A stretch of 40,338 bases of DNA from Waddliaceae bacterium (lineage in GTDB: Bacteria; Chlamydiota; Chlamydiia; Chlamydiales; SLOH01), in contig JBBDJA010000005.1 of NCBI GenBank assembly GCA_040880105.1, forward strand, positions 1-40,338, written 5' to 3'. The translations under genes were made by a program, and so were the position numbers. Positions 9,627 to 17,907 of this stretch are shown here, one piece after another. The notes beneath the pieces were generated by a model that had not been told where the DNA came from, did no database searches, and saw only the letters and a list, made by a program, of their open reading frames with translations. The first letter of the stretch is position 1. Every line of letters starts with the position of its first letter.

Positions 9627-9784
9627 TTTTTTCTCTTCTTCGCCTTTGTTTTTTTGTGATGGAAAGTCTCGCCCCAACCATTCACATCATGCATCTCACA
9701 ACCGACAATTCCCTTACCCGACTCCACCTTCTCTTTTTTAAGTAGGGCATCTTCCGGATAATCTTGATAATTTTTTGGCCACAT
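9623..9784 (-). CDS. Small 53-aa protein with basic C-terminus (not in the ORF track)
   Basis: Manual translation MWPKNYQDYPEDALLKKEKVESGKGIVGCEMHDVNGWGETFHHKKTKAKKRKK; Shine-Dalgarno AGGAGGT 7 nt upstream; TGA overlaps the next ATG. Confidence 0.65.
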   Translation of the reverse strand: MWPKNYQDYPEDALLKKEKVESGKGIVGCEMHDVNGWGETFHHKKTKAKKRKK

Positions 9785-9788
9785 CTCT

Positions 9789-9818
9789 TTGACCTCCTGT
9801 CACAAGTTATGGTACAAT
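9789..9818 (+). promoter_or_regulatory. Sigma70/66-type promoter for efp-epmA
   Basis: TTGACC-N18-TACAAT with extended -10 TG, 31 nt before the efp ATG. Confidence 0.6.
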
Positions 9819-9849
9819 TTTGGCAATCAAAAGAACAAGGGTTATATTA

Positions 9850-10416
9850 ATGGCGCAAATTAGTACAAGTGAATTTAAACCTGGGGTTAAGTTAGAAATT
9901 GACAATCAACCATATACAATCGTTTCAAACGAGTTTGTTAAACCGGGAAAGGGGCAGGCATTTAACCGCGTGCGCATCAAACAACTTCTAACCGGGCGTA
10001 CGGTTGAAAAGACATTTAAGTCAGGCGATAAAGTCGACCTTGCCGATATCGTTGAGTCGCAAATGCGGATGCTTTACAAAGAGACAGACGGTGTTGTATT
10101 CATGGATGAAAACACGTTTGAGCAACTAAAAATCTCAACCGAAAACATCGGCGACACTATGCAGTGGCTGAAAGAGGATCTACTCTATGGAATCCTTATT
10201 TACAATGGCGAGGCCGTCGCTGTTGAACCACCGACTTTTATCGACCTAAAAATTGAGCAGTGCGATCCGGGCGTCAGAGGGGATACCGCTTCCGGTCGAG
10301 TCTTAAAACCGGCTATCACTGAAACAGGCGCTAAAATCCAAGTCCCGATCTTCATCAATGAAGGCGAGGTTATTAAAGTCGATACACGTACAGCTGAGTA
10401 TGCGTCGCGCACTTAA
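9850..10416 (+). CDS. efp: Translation elongation factor P
   Basis: VKPGKGQAF loop, PGVRGDTA, ETGAKIQVPIFI, KVDTRT; ATG 9850 preferred over TTG 9820. Confidence 0.97.
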   Translation: MAQISTSEFKPGVKLEIDNQPYTIVSNEFVKPGKGQAFNRVRIKQLLTGRTVEKTFKSGDKVDLADIVESQMRMLYKETDGVVFMDENTFEQLKISTENIGDTMQWLKEDLLYGILIYNGEAVAVEPPTFIDLKIEQCDPGVRGDTASGRVLKPAITETGAKIQVPIFINEGEVIKVDTRTAEYASRT

Positions 10417-11257
10417 AAAAAGAGCGGAAATGCTCCGCAAAGTACGCCATTTCTTTTTAGAGCGCGAGATTCTCGAAGTCGATTGCCCGGCGCTTTCAAG
10501 CCATGGATCGGTGGATGCCTACATCGATCTAATTGAAGTTAAGGGCTCTCAATCTTCACTTAAAGGATTCTTGCACTCCTCGCCCGAATACAGAATGAAA
10601 GAGCTTCTCAGCTGCGGATCCGGCGATATCTACCAGCTTTCCCACGTCTTTCGCGACGGTGAATTCGGCCCGAAGCACCGCCCTGAATTTATGATGGCCG
10701 AATGGTACCGTGTCAATTTCACCTTTAGAGAAATGATTGAGGAGACAGTTGAGTTTATCCGCCTGTTCATTGGAGACCTTCCATATCATACACTCACCTA
10801 TCAAGAGGCGTTTCAAACATATGCCCAAGTCGACCCTTTTGAAACAAAATGGGATGATGACCGCCTCAATGAAATTCTAGGGATTGAAGTTGAGCCCCAC
10901 CTCGGTAAAGATCAGCTGACAGTGCTCACCCACTATCCCGCGACCCAGTCCGCTTTGGCTCGCGTAGAGGAGCCATGCTCCTTGCGATTTGAAGTGTATT
11001 ATGAGGGAATGGAGCTTGCAAATGGCTATTATGAATTGACAGAACCTAATGAACATCTCATACGTTTTGAAAAACAAAATGCGATAAGAGAGTCTCTTGG
11101 AAAACAAAAAATCAGCCCCGACCCCACATTTTTACACGCCTTGGAAAGAGGTCTTCCCGACTGCTGCGGCGTTGCTGTTGGCTTTGACCGACTCTTCATG
11201 CTGCAGCAAGGTGTAACCGATATTGCCCACATTCTTCCGGTCGCAGACAAAAAATAA
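10400..11257 (+). CDS. epmA: EF-P lysine aminoacylase (EpmA/GenX/PoxA)
   Basis: LysRS-like catalytic domain without anticodon domain: SPEY.MK.LL, H.PEF.M.EWY, RFEVY..G.ELANGY.EL, GVAVGFDRL; directly follows efp. Confidence 0.93.
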   Translation: MRRALKKRAEMLRKVRHFFLEREILEVDCPALSSHGSVDAYIDLIEVKGSQSSLKGFLHSSPEYRMKELLSCGSGDIYQLSHVFRDGEFGPKHRPEFMMAEWYRVNFTFREMIEETVEFIRLFIGDLPYHTLTYQEAFQTYAQVDPFETKWDDDRLNEILGIEVEPHLGKDQLTVLTHYPATQSALARVEEPCSLRFEVYYEGMELANGYYELTEPNEHLIRFEKQNAIRESLGKQKISPDPTFLHALERGLPDCCGVAVGFDRLFMLQQGVTDIAHILPVADKK

Positions 11258-11299
11258 AATAAAATGTCATACTTAAACGCAAGTTCTGAAACACATAAG

Positions 11300-11370
11300 C
11301 TGTTAAATTTTGATGAATTTTTTTGAATATCGAAAAATGGCGCTAAATTTAACAACCTCATGTTTTTCAA
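11300..11370. repeat. Partial/variant copy of the palindromic repeat
   Basis: TGTTAAATTT (11301-11310) / AAATTTAACA (11345-11354) inverted repeat; shares GGCGCTAAATTTAACAACCT-like right arm with the 16785 and 17748 copies. Confidence 0.6.
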
Positions 11371-11400
11371 GAATGATGTAATTTTTTATGGATTGTTTGT

Positions 11401-12765
11401 ATGCAGGCGCTCTTTTTAAAAGCGATCGCGCTTAATTATTTTTTTGCCTACTTCTCTTTGTGGCTCCAGTATGATGGATTATATGGTTCAAATGGAATCT
11501 TACCCATTAAAGATTTTTTGGAAAGATTCAAGAATTATAAAACCTACACTCTTTTCAACAAAAACCACTCAGACAAAACGGTAAAGGCAGTCGCTTTGAC
11601 CGGATCCCTTATCTCCTTGCTGATCTTAAGCGGGTTCCATCATCCGATTCTCTTTCTCCTTCTCTTTGCCGGATACCTCTCTTTTGTCAATGTCGGACAA
11701 GACTTTCTCTCCTTCCAGTGGGACACGCTCCTTCTTGAAGTTGGATTCATTACGATCTTTTTTTCCATGCAAACCCCTCCCCCTTTCTTACTGACCCTAT
11801 CCTATTGGCTTTTGCTCTTTCGGTTTCTATTTGGATCCGGATATGTAAAATGGGTCTATGGAAGTCGAGAGTGGCGAGACCTTACAGCCATGTGTTACCA
11901 CTATGAAACCCAGCCTCTTCCCAATCGAATCTCCTTTTTTATGCATCAACAACCTAAGTGGGCAGGTAAACTCTCCACTTTTTTGACCTATGTATTTGAA
12001 ATGGGAGTTCCATTTCTCTATTTTCTTCCATCCCCTTTTCGATTTTGGGGATGCGTGCTCTCCATCCTTTTTCAACTTTTGATTTTCATGACGGGTAATT
12101 TCGGCTTTTTTAATACCCTGACGATTGCCCTTTGCATTCCGCTATTAGATCTAAATACTCTCCCTGATTGGTTTCAAGGGATTTCCCTTTTTCATTTTGA
12201 GTCGCCCATACTCACAGTCGTTCTCTCACTCATCGGGGCTTTATTTGTCGCCCTTCAACTCCTCAGGCTTATCGAACTTTTCACCCCCCTTGCCTTCACA
12301 ACTAAGATCAAACAAAAGATTGCGCCTTTTCATATTTTAAATAGCTACGGTCTTTTTGTTCATATGACAACTTCACGCGATGAAATTACCATTGAAGGCA
12401 GCGATGATAATGAAAACTGGAAACCCTACACTTTTAAGTGGAAGCCGGGCGCGTTGGAAGCGCCGCCAAGGCAAGTCGCCCCTTACCACCCGCGTCTAGA
12501 TTGGCAGATGTGGTTTGCCGCACTCTCAGGCGGAAGTCCCCCTAAATGGTTTGATCACCTCATTGTGAAGCTTCTGCAAGGATCTAAACAGGTACTCGCC
12601 TTATTTAAATCAAACCCCTTTCCGGATAACCCTCCCAAATTTATACGTGCAAAAATTGACGCCTACTCATTTGCCGACTCAAAAAAACATAGGGAAACTA
12701 AGCAATGGTGGGTAAAAAAAGAGGGCGGATTCTATTTTGCAACAGTAGCTTTAAAAGAGAAATAG
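11401..12765 (+). CDS. Lipase maturation factor (LMF1) family membrane protein
   Basis: G.NGILP, F.SFQWD.LLLE.GF, HYETQPLP, TGNFGFFN, NSYGLF..MT, PYHPRLDWQMWFAAL. Confidence 0.93.
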   Translation: MQALFLKAIALNYFFAYFSLWLQYDGLYGSNGILPIKDFLERFKNYKTYTLFNKNHSDKTVKAVALTGSLISLLILSGFHHPILFLLLFAGYLSFVNVGQDFLSFQWDTLLLEVGFITIFFSMQTPPPFLLTLSYWLLLFRFLFGSGYVKWVYGSREWRDLTAMCYHYETQPLPNRISFFMHQQPKWAGKLSTFLTYVFEMGVPFLYFLPSPFRFWGCVLSILFQLLIFMTGNFGFFNTLTIALCIPLLDLNTLPDWFQGISLFHFESPILTVVLSLIGALFVALQLLRLIELFTPLAFTTKIKQKIAPFHILNSYGLFVHMTTSRDEITIEGSDDNENWKPYTFKWKPGALEAPPRQVAPYHPRLDWQMWFAALSGGSPPKWFDHLIVKLLQGSKQVLALFKSNPFPDNPPKFIRAKIDAYSFADSKKHRETKQWWVKKEGGFYFATVALKEK

Positions 12766-12788
12766 CCCAAGCGAAACGCCTGGGCTAT
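12752..12788 (-). terminator. Intrinsic terminator between convergent genes
   Basis: Minus strand ATAGCCCAGGCG-TTT-CGCTTGGGCTAT (12-bp stem with one G-U) followed by TTCTCTTTT. Confidence 0.8.
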
Positions 12789-12809
12789 AATAGGGAAAAA
12801 GATCTTAAT

Positions 12810-13280
12810 TTATTCGCCTTCTACAGAATTATTCTCTAAAGCAGGAGCTTGTGGTTGAGGTAGATCTTCTACAGGAGGAGCAACCAATAAATCTTCGTCA
12901 CTTTCCACTTTGCGATTCTTAATTAGATTGACAACCGCATCGATTGAAAGCGCTGTAAGACCGATCACGCCAACTGCAAGTGCAATAGGTGCTAATTTTA
13001 CTGCAAGGGCAGCTGTAATAAACCCTTTAGCAGTTGCCACGCCAAAGGCAATTGCGCCAGAAAACAAAACGGCAAGAGCCACTTTCAGTGATTTTGTGCC
13101 TTTGCATGAAGATCCATTAGACTCACACGCTGCCGCCTCTACTTCTGCTTCAACAGGACCCGGCGCAACTGCATTTGCTCCTAGTTGTCCTTCATATGCC
13201 GATACTCTTCTTGGTACAAAACCTGGTTCTACTTCTGGAACTAATGCTGGTACTGGTGATGCTGGTGCTGGTGCTGACAT
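12810..13280 (-). CDS. Inc-like protein with bilobed hydrophobic domain
   Basis: Pro/Ala-rich N-terminus, about 50-aa double hydrophobic stretch, acidic tail; SD AAGGAG upstream and its own terminator downstream. Confidence 0.7.
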   Translation of the reverse strand: MSAPAPASPVPALVPEVEPGFVPRRVSAYEGQLGANAVAPGPVEAEVEAAACESNGSSCKGTKSLKVALAVLFSGAIAFGVATAKGFITAALAVKLAPIALAVGVIGLTALSIDAVVNLIKNRKVESDEDLLVAPPVEDLPQPQAPALENNSVEGE

Positions 13281-13445
13281 AAACCTAACTCCTTAGTTGT
13301 TGGTTAATAATAAAATTTTCACTACATTCAAGTTATAATATAAAATTTTGAAATGACTATATCATTTAGCCTAAAAATTTTTAAAGAAAAAAAAGGTGGC
13401 TGTTATGGATAAAAAGAAATATACTAGGGAAAAAGCTTCAAGAAA

Positions 13446-14423
13446 ATGGAACTAGGTCGCCGCGCTCTATTCAACTTACTTCGTATGAATTGGGAGAAAA
13501 ATCCAAAAATCGACGTCGAACCCTGGCAAGTCGAAAACTATCGACAGCACACATATAAAGAGCTTTTCTTTAGACTGTCGGCATTTGACCTCCATTTAGA
13601 TAAAAACGCCTTTACTGTTTACGCAGAAAACTTTGACTCCCCCGAAGATCTAACCGATGCCTTTCTGGAAGAAACGGATTTACCTCCGGGCGAACAAGAT
13701 CAAATTTACCTGCTAATCTTTGAGCTTTGGCGGCGCTTGCTTCCAGAAAAAATCTCTCTTTCCATTTTCTGCGATGAACTCGACCATCAGATTCAAAAAC
13801 ATGACATGGGAAAAGGAAACGAAGAAGAGCTGCAAGACACACTCGCCCATTTACTTGTCCTTCTCGATGAAAACATCGACCAAAGCGAAAAACCGGAAAA
13901 ACTCTTTGAAACAGTCAACGCTTCTTGCGCGCAAGAGCTCGAAGCCTTTCTTTATGACTATATCGCTGAATTATTCGATGAAGAGAACTTTAGTTATGCA
14001 AGCGAGCTGATTGACGGGTTTATCCCCTACATCAGAAAAAATAAATGGTTTGATCTTCTACACGCAAGATCCCTTTTTCACACAGATCCTGAGGAAGGAT
14101 TTGATTCCATTGAAAAACTGGCTCAGAAAGCAGTAAAAGAAGAAGATCTGGATTTTAATCTTGAGCTGCTCTCGTTTCTTATCCAGGATGGGGATCAAAA
14201 GTTGTTTGTTAAGATCGTAAAAAAGAGCCTCCCTCTTCTTGAAAAAGAAGAAGATCTAACCGAACTCTTACTTCTTTGCGCAGACTACTATAATTGTATA
14301 GATTCGGAAGATAATGAACATGTTGCGACACAAATTCTAAAGTCTAGAGAACATCTTCCTCATAATCAAAAACTTAAGCCCTCAGACAAAGTCTTTGAGC
14401 AAATAAAGTCACTAATCAAATAA
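13446..14423 (+). CDS. Acidic alpha-helical hypothetical protein
   Basis: 325-aa ORF, Leu/Glu/Asp-rich, no recognisable catalytic motif. Confidence 0.8.
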   Translation: MELGRRALFNLLRMNWEKNPKIDVEPWQVENYRQHTYKELFFRLSAFDLHLDKNAFTVYAENFDSPEDLTDAFLEETDLPPGEQDQIYLLIFELWRRLLPEKISLSIFCDELDHQIQKHDMGKGNEEELQDTLAHLLVLLDENIDQSEKPEKLFETVNASCAQELEAFLYDYIAELFDEENFSYASELIDGFIPYIRKNKWFDLLHARSLFHTDPEEGFDSIEKLAQKAVKEEDLDFNLELLSFLIQDGDQKLFVKIVKKSLPLLEKEEDLTELLLLCADYYNCIDSEDNEHVATQILKSREHLPHNQKLKPSDKVFEQIKSLIK

Positions 14424-14623
14424 TCGCCCTTAAAAAAAATCGCAATTTTCTAAAAGTCACAGATTCAATTGCCTACAGCTCCTTACCAAACTGACGCAGT
14501 TTAAACTTACTTTGTTAAACATAAACATGTTATGTTTATAATCAGCGTATTTTCCCAGAGGGATCATCACGCATCCCTTTTCTTGACTTTTAACGAAAAA
14601 AAGACGATATATCAAACCTATTA

Positions 14624-14670
14624 CCACAATGGGTTGTGGTTAAGAATTAGCAAAACACAACATCTAGTAT
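14624..14670 (+). promoter_or_regulatory. Tandem NrdR boxes upstream of the class II RNR
   Basis: CCACAATGGGTTGTGG (14624-14639) and ACACAACATCTAGTAT (14655-14670) versus consensus acaCwAtATaTwGtgt; starts are 31 bp apart, the typical NrdR spacing. Confidence 0.8.
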
Positions 14671-14685
14671 TTTTTGGAGAAAAAC

Positions 14686-16701
14686 ATGACAAAACCAACA
14701 AGCCGAGCAATGGCGACATCTCTGCGCACCTACCATCGGCCCAAGCGCGCAGGAGAAACGTTGCTTGAAAGCTGGGAAGACGTCGTAGAGCGCGTCATTT
14801 CACATCAAAAATGGCTCTGGGAAAGAGCTCTCGGGCGTGACCTTAATGATTTGGAAGATAATGAGCTGGAAGAGGTCCGCGCATTAATCATTAACCGTAA
14901 AGTCGCGCCTGCCGGACGCACGCTTTGGCTTGGTGGAACAGATTTAGCTAAAAAACGCGAATCTAGCATGTTCAACTGCTCCTTTACCCATGTAGAAACT
15001 GTTTACGATGTTGTGGATGTACTTTGGCTTCTCCTTCAAGGATGTGGGGTTGGATTTAAACCCGTCACCGGTACACTTAACGGTTTTCGCAGCCCTTTAC
15101 AAGAAATACAAGTGATTCGCTCTCAGCGCTCGGAAAAAGGGGGAAATCCTCACAATCTGGAGTCTTGGGACCCTGAAACACGCACATGGACAATAAAAGT
15201 TGGAGACTCGGCAGTTGCTTGGGCAAAGTCTGTCGGTAAACTCATTGCCGGCAAATATCACGCTCGCAAACTCATACTCGATTTTTCCGAGATCCGCCCG
15301 GCCGGAACTAGATTGAAGGGATATGGCTGGATCTCATCCGGCGATGAACAAATTGCCAAAGCTTTCAAAGCGATTGCAAAAATCCTATCTGACCGAGCCG
15401 ATCAATTGCTCACCCGAATGGATATACTCGATATTGTCAACTGGCTTGGCACCATACTCTCAAGTAGACGATCTGCGCAAATCGCTCTTTTTGAATTCGG
15501 CCAGCCTGAGTGGGATGATTTTGCTTTAGCAAAAAAAGAGTGGTGGCTAAAAGACAATGCGCATCGCCAGCAATCAAATAACAGCTTGCTTTTCCGCAAC
15601 AAGCCCAGTCGCAAAGAGATGGAGAAAATCTTCGATATTATGCTTGAAGCCGGCGGTTCAGAGCCAGGTATGATCAATGCCGAGGAAGCCGAGCGCCGCG
15701 CTCCGTGGTTTAAAGGCTGTAATCCATGCTGTGAAATTCTTCTTGGAAACAAAAGCTTTTGCAACCTTACAGAGGTTAACGTTCTTGCATTTAAAGGCGA
15801 CAAAGTCGGACTTGAGCGTGCGCTTTACCTAGCCGGACGCATGAACTACCGTCAAACAATGGTAAACCTTAGAGACGAGATCCTCCAAGAGGCGTGGCAC
15901 TTTAATAATGAATTCCTCCATCTATGCGGTGTGGGTCTAACAGGACTTCGCGCAAGACCGGACTTAACAGCATACGATTACAAGCGCATGCGAAATATCA
16001 CAGTCTCAGCTGCCTACAGCATGGCAAATGCTCTAGATTCACCGCTTCCGAAAAATGTCACAACAATTAAGCCAAGCGGCACGCTTAGCAAAATTATGGG
16101 AACAGAAGAGTGGGGAGAGGTTCCGGAAGGCATTCATAAGCCACTGGGTAAATACCTCTTTAACAATATCACCTACTCAAAACACGACCCCTTAGTGGAT
16201 AAATTCAGGCAAGCCGGCTACTCGATCATTGAAAAGCCGTATGAGCCGGAATCCGTATTGGTCAAGTTTCCTGTACAATATGAAAACGTTCCGTTTGACC
16301 GCAGAAGCGTGACACGAAAAAATGGAAAAGTCGAAGAAGTCGAGGTTAACGCTGACTCCGCAGTCGATCAATTGGAGTGTTACCGCCTACTCCAAGAGAC
16401 TTGGTGCGAGCAGAACGTTTCTAATACGATCTCCTATGATCCTTCGGAAATTCCACAAATTATCGATTGGTTTATGGAAAATTGGGATACGTATGTTGGA
16501 GTCTCTTTCATCTTCCGCAATGACCCAACAAAAAATGCTCAAGATCTTGGCTACGCCTATCTTCCACAAGAAGTTGTGACGGAAGAAGATTATAACGAGT
16601 ATGTCTCAAATCTTAAAGAAATCGACTACGGTGAGGTATTTATGATCGATACCGACCCTGTAGAAGAAGCGTGCGTCGGCGGCGCATGTCCAGTTAGGTA
16701 A
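14686..16701 (+). CDS. nrdJ: Adenosylcobalamin-dependent (class II) ribonucleotide reductase, monomeric RTPR type
   Basis: PAGRTLW.GG, FNCSF, G.GVGF, RRSAQI, SNNS, NPCCEI (thiyl Cys), FCNLTE, TTIKPSGT.S, C-terminal CVGGACP; GGAG SD before ATG 14686. Confidence 0.92.
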   Translation: MTKPTSRAMATSLRTYHRPKRAGETLLESWEDVVERVISHQKWLWERALGRDLNDLEDNELEEVRALIINRKVAPAGRTLWLGGTDLAKKRESSMFNCSFTHVETVYDVVDVLWLLLQGCGVGFKPVTGTLNGFRSPLQEIQVIRSQRSEKGGNPHNLESWDPETRTWTIKVGDSAVAWAKSVGKLIAGKYHARKLILDFSEIRPAGTRLKGYGWISSGDEQIAKAFKAIAKILSDRADQLLTRMDILDIVNWLGTILSSRRSAQIALFEFGQPEWDDFALAKKEWWLKDNAHRQQSNNSLLFRNKPSRKEMEKIFDIMLEAGGSEPGMINAEEAERRAPWFKGCNPCCEILLGNKSFCNLTEVNVLAFKGDKVGLERALYLAGRMNYRQTMVNLRDEILQEAWHFNNEFLHLCGVGLTGLRARPDLTAYDYKRMRNITVSAAYSMANALDSPLPKNVTTIKPSGTLSKIMGTEEWGEVPEGIHKPLGKYLFNNITYSKHDPLVDKFRQAGYSIIEKPYEPESVLVKFPVQYENVPFDRRSVTRKNGKVEEVEVNADSAVDQLECYRLLQETWCEQNVSNTISYDPSEIPQIIDWFMENWDTYVGVSFIFRNDPTKNAQDLGYAYLPQEVVTEEDYNEYVSNLKEIDYGEVFMIDTDPVEEACVGGACPVR

Positions 16702-16728
16702 ATTCCTCTTTTTTAGGTTACATGAGGT

Positions 16729-16760
16729 TTAGCCCGGATTTTTTATCCGGGCTAACTTTT
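16729..16760 (+). terminator. Intrinsic terminator of nrdJ
   Basis: TTAGCCCGGAT-TTTTT-ATCCGGGCTAA perfect 11-bp stem followed by CTTTT. Confidence 0.85.
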
Positions 16761-16784
16761 CTTAATCTTATCCTTTCAATGTCA

Positions 16785-16934
16785 GAAACCTCTGAATCAC
16801 TCGGTTTCTATTAAATCTCGCATCAACCCCTTCTAACAATCGACCATCACTGTCTAGTAACGAAATAACTGCATTTTTGTCGAATTCCCAAAATAAGGCG
16901 CTAGATTTAACAACCTAAGCTAATCAGGGCTTTC
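16785..16934. repeat. MITE-like palindromic repeat, 150-bp copy
   Basis: Ends GAAACCTCTGA ... TCAGGGCTTTC; internal ACTGTCTAGTAACGAAAT..TTTTTGTCG..AAGGCGCTAGATTTAACA aligns with 17823-17885. Confidence 0.75.
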
Positions 16935-16958
16935 TATTGAATGGGAGTGAAGAGAGAC

Positions 16959-17714
16959 TTATTCAGAGAGATCTAAAATCATTTTCGGACAAAATCCAAG
17001 GTAGTCACAGGAGCTAAGGATATATTCAATCCCATTTAGCTCTCCAAACATTTGAACATCTTTTTTCAAACTATGCAAATGACCAAAGATCACTTTTTGC
17101 ACGTTATACTCTTCAAATAGTTGAGACGCCCGTGAAGCCTTAAGATCTGCGCCAATCGGTGGATAATGTGTCATAACAAGACGAGTGTCGGATGTGAGCT
17201 GCTGCAAACTTAAGCAGAGGCGATGCAGCTCGCGCTCATAAATCTTTTCCATCTGCTCTTTTGACTCTCGCTCTCCTAAAGAGACTTTAGCTTTGGGATT
17301 TTCGACAAAATGAATGTATTTTTCAAAAGAAAACTCCGGAGTGTCCCATAAGCGAGTGCCTGCAATATCAACCCCATTCCAGTGAAAGACATCATGATGA
17401 ACCAAGTGAATTGAAGAAGGAAGCGCCTCTCGCGCCTTTTTTGCAGAGCTGAACCAGTAGTCATGATTACCGCGGATAATCGCCTTTGTTCCCGGAAGAT
17501 CATCAATCCAGTCGAAATCGGCTTTTGCATCCTCCGGATGCATCGCCCAGGAGATATCTCCGGCAATCAACACAAGATCATCTTTTCCCACATGTTCATT
17601 CCATTGAGTGGAAATTTTTTCAGTCCAGCCTTCCCATTGCTTTCCAAAAACATCCATCTCTTTTCCGGAGATTCCAAACGAAAGGTGTAGATCGGCAAGC
17701 GCAAAGATTTTCAT
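16959..17714 (-). CDS. Calcineurin-like metallophosphoesterase
   Basis: ADLHL, AGDISWAM, RGNHDYW, MTHYPP, FGHLH. Confidence 0.92.
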   Translation of the reverse strand: MKIFALADLHLSFGISGKEMDVFGKQWEGWTEKISTQWNEHVGKDDLVLIAGDISWAMHPEDAKADFDWIDDLPGTKAIIRGNHDYWFSSAKKAREALPSSIHLVHHDVFHWNGVDIAGTRLWDTPEFSFEKYIHFVENPKAKVSLGERESKEQMEKIYERELHRLCLSLQQLTSDTRLVMTHYPPIGADLKASRASQLFEEYNVQKVIFGHLHSLKKDVQMFGELNGIEYILSSCDYLGFCPKMILDLSE

Positions 17715-17747
17715 AAGAAGTTAAAATACCACTTCTTGCGTAATAAA

Positions 17748-17907
17748 GGAACCCCTGAATAACTCAGATTAATGAAATTTTGCGTGCATTTTTTCTGAAA
17801 TTCGAAAAAATAATCAACATTAACTGTCTAATAACGAAATGGGTGCTTTTTTGTCGGATTTCGGGAAAAGGCGCTAAATTTAACAGTCTGAGTGAATCAA
17901 AGGCTCC
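17748..17907. repeat. MITE-like palindromic repeat, 160-bp copy overlapping the pyrE 3' end
   Basis: Imperfect terminal inverted repeats GGAACCCCTGAATAACTCAGA ... TCTGAGTGAATCAAAGGCTCC; flanks TAAA and TTAA. Confidence 0.8.

Noticed and set aside
11029..11370. 113-aa minus-strand ORF
   Set aside because: Starts inside the repeat copy and runs antisense to epmA.
12910..13296. 128-aa plus-strand ORF
   Set aside because: Antisense shadow of the Inc-like gene, which has the SD and terminator.
14424..14685. Cobalamin riboswitch upstream of nrdJ, and ORF 14532..14768
   Set aside because: No recognisable B12-box and the region is AT-rich; the ORF overlaps the NrdR boxes and nrdJ start and is likely spurious.
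14686..16701. Intein or intron in the RNR
   Set aside because: Continuous ORF of normal length with no splice-junction or homing-endonuclease motifs.
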